Below the pieces are notes generated by a model that saw only the letters and a list, made by a program, of their open reading frames with translations, did no database searches and had not been told where the DNA came from. Below are positions 24,033 through 34,000 of a stretch of 64,000 bases of DNA, piece after piece. Position 1 is the first letter of the stretch. Each line of letters begins with the position of its first letter. A program made the position numbers and the translations under genes. The stretch is from assembly GCA_965637545.1 (NCBI GenBank), contig OZ281499.1, positions 5,642,001 through 5,706,000 on the forward strand, in the 5' to 3' direction. Source of the stretch: Phallusia mammillata (taxonomy: Eukaryota).

Positions 24033-26117
24033 ATGTTAAGTTTGGCATGGATGTACTTAAAGATTACTGTAGCATCCATAGCTAGTTTGCTGATCATTTT
24101 GTTGGTCGATGTACTTCATCGAATTGGAATTTTCAAACTGACTGGCTACAAGAATGCTGCTATGCCAGAAGGCGTGTTTAAGGTTTATATTTTTAAAACA
24201 TAGAAATTTATGTAGTATGTAAGATGTTTTACAGTTAGCTTGCTGGTCGTTCGGCTTGGAAGTATATTGTAGCACCACTGTTTGTCTAAAAGTAAGACAA
24301 CATATTTGCCAATGTGACTAAATGTGTTAGGTTAGGGTGGTCCAAGACTAGAGAATAACACATTTTGTTTGTTAAAGTAAAAACTCTTTTGTATTAAATG
24401 ACTGAATTTAAATTGGCTGTTCTAATCGCTTGATGTTTCGAGACCTATAATTAATACAACAAAGTGCACCTGCTGGCACTTATTAACAAGTGCTGATGTT
24501 TGTTACAAAAAGAAAACAAATCGAGGTGTTTAGGTCGTCCCAATAAGCGTGTACTGACCCAGTGGGTAGACAATTAAACACACTCCGTTTATCTGACTCT
24601 AATAATTAAACTATCGCTGCCTAAACAAACAACAAGACGCAAAGCTAAATTAACGTTCCCACATTATATTTTAATAAGGCATACCACGAAAGCGCCTCTT
24701 GCGGCTAAACACGCAACACAAAAGTCACCGCGCCACGAATAATGCGTACTCTGGTCACTCTTGTTACTCTAGTTACTCTAGTTACTGATCGTAAGTCAAA
24801 ATTGATGCAGATTATATAGTTTTCAGGTCACCTAGTTGTTATGCCAGCTAGTCGTAAAAACGTACGCCCGAAAAGATTAACTGTGTTCTAAACCGTAATT
24901 ATTCTTTAAATCGCTTTACAGAAGTGTCACATATAACATGGCTGGAGGCCGAGTAATACGTAGGTTACTGTTAACACGTTAAAAGCGATGCAATAATAGC
25001 CTTAAGCCAGTATATGACCGGTCCAGTAATAAGAAAAACAGGTTTAAATAGCCGGTCAAGCTTTTGTGTAGAAAAAGGTGAGGTTTGACCGAATTTGACC
25101 GGGACGATATGACACGACAATTATACGAATTAAAATGTTTTGAATTAAAAAGTCCAAAGTCCGATATGTTTTAAATGAAAAGTCCAAGGTCCGATACAAG
25201 CGCAAACGCTATTAATGCAACACAATAGATACATATTAACATGTTATTTGGTGATAGACGTATTATTTACCGCGGAGGCTATTGCAACGAATTCGATGAT
25301 TGTATTTTGTATGCAGGTAGTTTACCAAATCGCATAATTTTTACACAATTATAAAATCGTATAATTTAGCGATCACTGCGTTTAGCAAAATGTAAAGCAT
25401 GTGTGGAACTATTTGTAACGTGATTAAAGAATGTTGAAAAAATCTTCACAGATGACTACACCAAAAGCCCTCTTTTCAAAATACTGGATTCTGTTTCACA
25501 TGACAGCAAAAAAGGGGGCGAACGCACCAAACGTTAAACTACACGTCCTGGGTTCCAAACGAATGCAGAAACTTCTGGAATTCGTGACTCCCGGCCGCCC
25601 ACTAGTGATAAACTTTGGCTCCTGCTCTTGACCACCGTTTATGAAAAAGGTGAATATCTGATAACAAGCAGAAATAATAAACACACATTACAGTATTCCG
25701 CCTAATTCTGAAGTAGTCTGCTGAATATCTCCCAAACTGTGTTTCTGCATGCAGATTGGACAGTTCAAAAAACTCGTCCAAACTTACAAGAATGACGCCG
25801 ACTTTGTTGTCGTATATATAAGCGAAGCTCATCCTACAGACGGCTGGAATATAACCGGAAATAAATACCAAATTTCAAACCACCGTAGCATTGAAGAGCG
25901 AATGGACGCAGCGCAATTGTTCAGTGATGAAGTCAACATCGATAACGCAACAATCCTGGTTGATAACATGGACAATGAAGCAAACAATGCTTATGGTGCA
26001 TTTCCAGAACGTTTGTTTATTGTCTTGGATGGTAAAATTGCTTACAAGGGTGGTAGTGGTCCATTGTTTTACAACCTCAACGAAATGACTCAAAACTTAT
26101 TAGAAATGCTGCAATAA
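24033..26117 (+). CDS. DIO: Iodothyronine deiodinase selenoprotein C (tandem duplicate of B)
   Basis: Exons 24033-24182, 25452-25649 (FGSCS-U-PPFMKK, TGA 25629-25631) and 25755-26117; exons 1 and 3 nearly identical to B. Confidence 0.93.
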
Positions 26118-26156
26118 GCATTTTTATTTTAAAGGGCATAAATGTGTGTACCAAAA

Positions 26157-26223
26157 TTTTGCAAATTGTGACGAAGCGAGTTGAAATCCACGAGGTAACC
26201 TCGTTTTTGATTTTACTGCAAAA
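26157..26223 (+). promoter_or_regulatory. SECIS element (type II, GUGA variant) of deiodinase C
   Basis: Same fold as the B SECIS: GTGAC-gaagcgagtt-GAA-atccacgaggt-aacctcgtttt-TGAT. Confidence 0.83.
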
Positions 26224-27009
26224 TTGTGTCACATTTTTGCTCTTTTGTTTTGTGTCACTGCTTTTGTTGATGTTGTAAAGTTCAAATGTTTGTGTATTTT
26301 TAACAATGTTTTGTGGTTACAAGTATAAAACAAGCTTTTATTGCAAAATAAAGTGTAATTTTAAATGCAAAAATGTGTACCCCAAATGTGACATTACTAC
26401 ACTGTATAAAATCCTTATGTATAATATAAAGGCTGTACAGCAAAAAGAGAGCGGACATGGTTGCCTTGATAACAGCTGCCTTCAGTTTGGTTGACAAGGT
26501 GAAAACTATTGATGGTGGTCGGACCACAACGAAAAAATCTTGTTTAAACAAACCTTTAGTGATTGGAGGCATATAAAACAAATTGTAATGCAAAAAGTGA
26601 AAGAATAAAGATCAATAGTAATTATAGACTCATTTGAAAAAAATAATTTAATATGTTGGACACCAGGATAAAAAGGTTTTGAAACACGTTTAATAACTCG
26701 TTTACGTTTATAGCTTTTCCCAAGCTTTTTACACTACTAGTACAAGCTGAAGTCGCTGTAGCACTCAAACCGTCCCATTTGTATCACTTAGTTATCTAAA
26801 CTGCTACACATGAATCAGGGTAGTCGCATAGCCAACTTTCAATTTACCAATCCTCTCAAATATTGTTTTAAAAGACATAGACACGGATATTAAAAGTAGT
26901 TTGATCAAAACCATGACTGCCAGAGCTTGTATACAATAAATACATTTGTTGCGAAAGTTTTAACAATAGCTATCGTAATAATCAATACAAAGTTGTATAT
27001 TTTTATTTT

Positions 27010-27085
27010 TCAAACACATTTTTTGCATCGAATTTACAGCCGCATTAAGCTTGAACCGAAAATCGTCATTTGTTGTTTTTGAAAT
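27010..27085 (-). promoter_or_regulatory. SECIS element (type II) of deiodinase D
   Basis: - strand ATGAC-gattttcggtt-CAA-gcttaatgc-ggctgtaaatt-CGAT: AUGA/GA core, wobble-rich helix II, AA bulge, GC/GC mini-stem. Confidence 0.75.
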
Positions 27086-27108
27086 AAAAAAATAGACTCT
27101 GTATTTCA

Positions 27109-28143
27109 CTATTTAAGCAATTTTCTTAAACTGGCTTCGACCTCCTTTACGTTGTAAAACCAAGGTCCAATTCCACCTTTATAAACAATTTTTCCATCCA
27201 GCACAATATAAAAACGTTCGGGGCCTGCTCCATAAGTTACATTGGCTTCGTCCGCCATGTTGTCAACCAAGATCGTGATGTCATCAAGTCTGACGACATC
27301 GCTGAAAAACTGGGCGGCGTCCAACCGTTCTTCCATGTTTCTGTGACTGGCGATTTGATATTTGTTGCCTGATAAGCTCCAACCGTCTGTCGGATGACCC
27401 TCGGTTATATATACGACAACGAAGTCTGCAACGGCCCGGTATCTTTCAACCAAGTCTCTAAACTCGGCCACCTATATTAATGTTATAAGCAATTCTAAAA
27501 TATTCACATTAGTGAACTGGTTATAAACCAATAGAAAAATACCTTGGCCATGAACGGGGGTCAGGAACAAGACCCAAAGTTCACCACCAGGGGGCGACCG
27601 AGATTTGCAATACTGAGCAACGATTTTTGTGTTTTCGTTGCGAGGTCGATTAGTTTCACATCGGGTGGTTTCTTTCCAAGTTCAGCAGATGCTCGTTCCT
27701 GCGTCAATCGTTGTTGGAAAACAGCTGCAAACGTTTTCGCCTAAAAAAAGAAACTCACTTGGTTTTATTAAAACCTACTTAAAACCTTCTCGAACGCCGG
27801 GCGATTTATGCAAAACGCAGTTAATTTCGGAGCAGCTTTGAAATGTCTTTAAAATGTGACGTAAGAGTAAAAAACAGGATTATGCGTTAACAAAACAAAA
27901 AGGAACAATATCAAATTATTCTTAAGAAATTTCGTAAAAAAAAAATTTCTTAAGAAATCTGTAAAAAATTGAGTGTAATGGTTTTCGCACCTGAATGATC
28001 CGATGTTTCGGAGGTGGGCCGTTCATCCAATGAGCGGGAATGTAATCAGCAAATATACACTTTAAGTCTCTTTTGCTGAGCTGAAACAAATCGGAGACTG
28101 TTCCCATCAATGCCCTCACCAACACCAAAAGGAAACCAAACAT
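27109..28143 (-). CDS. DIO: Iodothyronine deiodinase selenoprotein D
   Basis: Exon 27991-28143 (MFGFLLVLVRALMGTV...); exon 27543-27740 (...RPLVVNFGSCS-U-PPFMAK, TGA 27563-27561); exon 27109-27471 (YITEGHPTDGW...ASHRNMEER...YGAGPERF). Confidence 0.92.
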
Positions 28144-30179
28144 TTTGGAAAACTCTTTTAAGAGTTTCAAAGTCTTGAAATTTCGCCAACAAGCGACTGT
28201 GTTTAAAACAGAAACACATTTTACCCTTGAGGGCTTCGTTAAATATTATATTGACAAAAATCAATTAATAGCTAAATAAACCGTAGACCAGTGTTCTCAA
28301 ACTTATATGGATTGCGTACCACCTGACAACTTTTTCTATCGCTGCGTACCACCTAAAGTTCTAAACGTTGTTTGAATGGAGAGACCAAGAAATAGGCCTA
28401 TTTTCTCAAGTTGGCTAGCATATTTTGCAATTTCAAAGAATATCCAAAACGAGTTTCGCCCAAAACAGGGCTGATCGGTTGGGTCAGTTGAGTTGTAATT
28501 TTAGATCGGACTTAAATTAGGAGGTATAGCAGAAAGCTACTCACGTACTACCTAACCATGTAGTTCCGGCGTACCACTGTGGTACTGATGTAGACAGATT
28601 AATTCCGAAACACTACTATTAAACGAGGTTATTTCTACACAGTTTTGCCAACGCAGATGTGACTTGTCTTTGTCTGCTGGAGAATATTTTGCTTCCTGCT
28701 GGTTACGAAGGAATATATTAACCTGAAAATTTACTTTCTAATGTGTGTTTTTAAGCACAAATAGTCTGCAACTAAACCTATTTGAAGTAAAGCTGTATGT
28801 CCGCACACTAAACAGTTGAAAACTAAACGTTGTAGTTGCCCCCAAGCAAAGTAAATGCCCCAAGCTAATTGTCTGTTCACCCAAATTTATGCATGTGAAA
28901 TCAAAGCGCTTTCGCAACTGTGAAACTGAACTCAAAGCTGTGCAACTAATACTGGTACAAAGTGCAGTTTGCTACGTTTATAATTGGATGTCTAGACTGT
29001 TTAGTAAATCATTAACATAATTGTTAGGTCAATTTTACGTCAAAAGTTCAACCGATATTTCTTATTGGACAAAACATTCTTAATGCGTTATAGTTTGCAA
29101 AACTGGCCTTTATAATCTTATATGGTTTATAAATTCGACTCTTTACAAAAATTGTGTGTGATAAGTTTTGGATGTGGGCTTGTGTGTGTTGAATCAATGG
29201 TAGCAACTACGTTACCATATAGCGCAGTACCTGTTAATTCATGTGTTAATGTTTAAGTGCAAATACAACTGACCGCAGCTTCCGAGAATAGACTGCTAAT
29301 ATATGTGCAACCACGTGTGTAGAATGCCCTAAAGCGTTCTTGCATAAACTGCGATAACTACACATTCTTGCCCAACCTTGCAGTACAACTGGGTCTAAGC
29401 CACACTTTTTTTGAAGCATTGGCATAGACTGGAACAGAGCTCTAAGCTTGTACGAAGTTTGTGCCCAAATCGTATGCTGCAAATCTGACACCTGGTCTAA
29501 ACCGAAATGATTCAAAATAATGCCCGAAAGTCAAGCTTGAACTTTTAGGCCCGAACCTGACCCACAATTTCGGACTGTAAAATGGCATAATAGCTTCTGT
29601 AGCTTTGAGTTTGGTTATTACAAATGTCCTATGTTAGATATCAAACTGACACTGTATAAACGGACCTAAACAATTTCTACTGCAGCCTATATTTTAAGAA
29701 TATTTGTTCAGTTATAAAGCTTCGGTGCAACCGTACGGACTTTCTTGCAAAGACACTTAGCACACAAGAAAGAAACGTTCTGCTCTGTCAGTTCGCTCAC
29801 ATTACGCATTGTTTCATAGCCTTGAAATATTTGAACGAACTCTTCGTGGCCCATCACGATGCAATTAATTAAATGATTCATGACATCAGCAAAAACACAT
29901 ACCGAATGCGAACTTATGATGCATGGTGGTTGAACATTTTTTAAAAACCACTGTGCACAAATATTTTGGGGTAAGAATTGGCGAGTATAACTTTCCCAAA
30001 CCAGTGCACAATGCCGCTTTCGCCCTAGCCTAGGTTATTCTAAATAAAGTGGTCTCTGTTCGGTCACAGATACCATATACATGTATGTAGTATCTATGGT
30101 TCGGTAGACAGAAAAACGATGACTTAAAGAGACACAAAAAATGACAAGATTTTAAACTTTTGGACTTTTAACGTATATA

Positions 30180-30668
30180 CAGGTTTGTCATCGACATGGA
30201 CCTCAAAATAAGGACAACCGAAAAAAAATTTCATACGAAAGGAAACAAAGGTTTTCGAAAGCAATTCACTTTCATAAAAATACTTCTCACGACAGCTCAG
30301 GTCTAGGTTTACTTTTCCCTGCAGCAGGGCTTTGACTGTCATTTCACTATTATCCCGTTTCCATGGCCGTTGGTCCGTTCGGACTTTTCCGCTATTTCAG
30401 TCCGATCGGACGCAATAAGGAATGACTCAGCATTTTTTTCAGCGTTTTCGCGGATCTCCTCGCGAGGAGGTCCGATCGGACTTTAAGACCAACGGCCATG
30501 GAAACGGGATATATGTTTGTTCCTTGTAATTGTTGAAAATAAGACAAAATAAGGACTTAGGTCAAAAAACAAGGACATTTCTTAGAAATAAGGACAATAA
30601 ATTTTACTAAGACATTGTTCTTCGAAATAGGGACAAATCTTGGAAATAGGGACGGCATGACAGCCCTG
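30180..30668 (-). mobile_element. hAT MITE, inverted copy of the 4012-4389 family, with a nested MITE
   Basis: Shares ctagacctgagctgtcgtgaga and the gtccttattt/aaataaggac repeats; perfect 8-bp TSD cgtatata (30172-30179, 30669-30676). Confidence 0.85.
30351..30511. mobile_element. MITE with 25-bp perfect TIRs (PIF/Harbinger-like or Tc1-like; superfamily uncertain)
   Basis: tatcccgtttccatggccgttggtc ... gaccaacggccatggaaacgggata, flanked by tat on both sides. Confidence 0.8.
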
Positions 30669-30932
30669 CGTATATAGCTATGGAAAAATATCATGGGTAT
30701 TGTAAAAAAATACAAAAAAAACTTATCACAAGGAACGAAAATATTTTGAGAAACACTGATTCGATCAAGCCCTTTACCATGATAGTCGGAGGCTGAGTCT
30801 CGGTGTTTGCATAGCGTGGTCGGGTCTTGGAACGTTGGGAGGTTTGGTAGTGGATAGTGAAAGGAAAAACTTGGACTTGGAGGTATTGGCTGTATGTGGA
30901 CAACTTTTCGAAACATTGATTTACGTTTTGAG

Positions 30933-30953
30933 ATGGGTTTTGATGTTAGCTGA
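30933..30953 (+). promoter_or_regulatory. MAGDIS-type regulatory uORF, MGFDVS*
   Basis: ATG GGT TTT GAT GTT AGC TGA, 147 nt upstream of the AMD1 ATG; hexapeptide with D4-V5-S6-stop. Confidence 0.8.
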
Positions 30954-31089
30954 TAGTGGGTGCTATTTTTCAAAACTTCGAACATTTTATTCTTTTGCAC
31001 TTTTTATCAACAAAAACACAACGTACAACGAAAAAAACCGTTACACATTGGTTGGATTCGTTAAATTCCACACCCCAAAATGGAGTTGA
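30943..31089 (+). promoter_or_regulatory. Second uORF (48 codons) overlapping the hexapeptide uORF and the AMD1 start codon
   Basis: ATG at 30943 lies inside uORF1; frame open to TGA 31087-31089, past the main ATG (31080) in another frame: MLADSGCYFSKLRTF...FHTPKWS*. Confidence 0.55.
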
Positions 31090-34000
31090 ATGGAAACTTC
31101 TTTGAAGGTGTCGAAAAGTTGCTTGAAATTTGGTTTTCGCAGTCCGAAGGAAGTTCTGGCTCAGGAGATGCCAGAAATGTTTCAAGGTATTTTTTAGAAC
31201 TTTTTTTAGAAACTGTGTCTCCAATTTCTATAATAATCTGAAACATTTATATTTTTAGATTAATTTGTAATACTATTTGCCTGAAATAAGGTTAACTTAC
31301 TCACTGTTGAACGTTGTATCGCAAAATACACTATGGTATGTCATTTATTTGCAGTTGCTTGCCCAGTGTACTTTATTTGCATGCAATAATGTATAGCCTT
31401 TGCAACTGCAAATATATATGATGATGTGTCATTGCCGATTTTTCACAAATGATTGATAAAGGCGAAAAATAATTGCACAACATTCTGTATATTTGAAGAG
31501 AGGTGTTATTTTGATGTTATGCATTTTACATTAAGTTTTTACAATCTGGAAAATTCGATAACCTAATCATTATTTCTTTCGTCAAAATTTAGATACACAT
31601 GGGAGACCATCCTTGACATAGTCCAGTGCAAAATACTTGATGAAATTCACGATGAAAGTCAAACTGCATATTTATTGAGGTGCCTGCTCTCAAGACTTTG
31701 CCAACTTACTATGGTTGTTTGTAATGCTATTTGTTTTCTATTAGTGAATCGAGTATGTTCGTGTCAAAGCGAAGAGTGATATTAAAAACTTGTGGCACAA
31801 CGTTATGCCTGCAGGCCCTGCCACATATCATAAAAGTTTTAAAGGATGAATGTGGCCTGGACACTGTAGCTGTAAGTAATTCAAACTTTTTTGTAAATGT
31901 GTTGTTTGTAGTTATTGCCTAATTTCCAGAATTACATAATGAACCTAAAAACATAAAAATATGACATTTTTTTAATTCCAACCTTGTTTCTGTGATAGAC
32001 AGATTTTAGTCACTTTCTGTTCACATAGATCATTTAATTGCATAGGAAAAGTAAATCTTAATCATATCATGTTGGAAAAATAGTTTTCATAATCGCATAG
32101 TCATCAGGTCAATTGCATAAAAAAGCTGGGCCATGGTTATGCAATTATCCAGTTTCTTTAAATATTATGTAAACATTTGTTATTTTTATCTAGGATTGTT
32201 TTTATTCACGAAAGAATTTTATGAAGCCTGACCACCAGCCACATCCCCACAAAACCTTTCAAGATGAAATTATTTACCTGAATCAGGTTTTGTCAGGTTA
32301 GAAATTGTTAAATCTATTAATAGCCTAAAATGATTTAAAAGTTAACTTTGCACTGCTTGTAAAATGCATTCAGCATGCAACCTAATATCACCTGATTCTA
32401 AACTGCAGATGTTTTAGTTAACTGCATATCCAACCTACCAATCTTTTCATGCAAATCACTAGAATAATGTTCCATAGGTATTGACCACAGGTTTGGAATT
32501 CATGTTCAATATCTAATTAACTGACGTTGTCTGTAAATGAAAAACATCACATAATCATTGGCCAATGTTTCTTTTGCATTTAGACCTTAGTTTTGTTTTG
32601 CTTATTTTTGTGAAAGAAATACATCAAGCAATTACTGCATTTTATTCTTGCTATTTTGCTATGCATTTTTTGTCACTTTTGCTTGCATAACTGATTGGTT
32701 TGGTTTTGTTTGTTCTTGTAGACAAACAACATGTGAATGAAAATCAAGTAAATGGGTTTTCCAATAACAAGCATCCAGGTATAAACAAAACAACAATTAT
32801 TTCCATTTTGTGTAGTTTTAAATGTTGTTTATGTGTTTTTTTTTCATGTCACAATGATCGGTAGCCTATTTTGATATTGTTTGCTAGTTAACATTTAGTT
32901 AAAATAAAATCATTCATTGGTGTTAATGCAGTGCATGCATAAAAAATCATCATCACCATGTTATGTGATGTAACTTGCATGAAATCAATGGTGATGTGCA
33001 TTTGGTAGGACTGGTTACAGCTAATAATAATACAAGCAATTTTTTATTCTGGCAAGATGTAATAAATGTATATATTGCTCTCAACAACATAATACTTTCA
33101 AGCATTTATTATTTCACTTTTTAGTAGTTGGCTGTTACTAGATTACATAAAAACTATTTTAATTGAGAAAACACTAATTGGGAACAAAATAGCCTTTAAA
33201 TTTATGTAAAAGTGCGCATTTTCTTCAAACATTTTAAGCAGCTTTATTGGCTATTTGTACTTTGTTATGGTATTGTTAGCTAAATACAGTAAACCTAGGT
33301 TAATCCTGATCTTCACCTAATTCAGAGAAAACTTAAAGTACAAATGATTTGTAAAACAGTAAAGCTTAAACTAATCGACATCAGTTTATCTGGATCTTCG
33401 CCTAATCCAGACAATTGTTTAATTGTTTTGGTCCAAATAAGCCCAAATTACTGGAGGTTTACCACATAGCTGTAATCAAATGAAAAATTAATATATAATG
33501 CCAACCTGCCTATGAGCTACCAGGCTTTTCATTAACATGTTTATCGTTAGCATATTTTCATGTAATATCAACAGGAAGCGCTTCATACTGTTTGGGGAGG
33601 ATTGATGGAGATTGTTGGTTTCTCTACACTTTAAATCATGTCGGCAACACAAATCTAATAGGAGTTGATGAACCTGACCAAACACTTGAGATACTTATGA
33701 CCGACTTGGATCGCACAGTGATGGACAAATTTGTGTTGTGCGATGAGAATGGAGATAAACATGATGATGATAAAATAACTGAGGTGAGACAAAATATATG
33801 TCACCGAAGAATTCTTCTACAACTGAGTTTAAAACATTTTTTACTAAACTTAAAAAAAACAATAATGAGGAAAATAACGACCTAAAAAGTGACATGCTTT
33901 ATTACTTAAATGACTTGCTCATGTCATCATCAGGTATATGAGGGGCCACATCAGTAACACCCGTTTATGACCGCCGACCTCACATAAAAGAATGATAAAA

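Noticed and set aside
22604-26093. Duplicated antisense or alternate-frame ORFs (22604, 22808, 22824, 25602, 25875, 25891)
   Set aside because: They recur only because DIO B and C exon 3 are duplicates.
18562-27563. Deiodinase genes as nonsense-mutated pseudogenes
   Set aside because: The TGA lies at the Sec position in all four genes and each has a SECIS.
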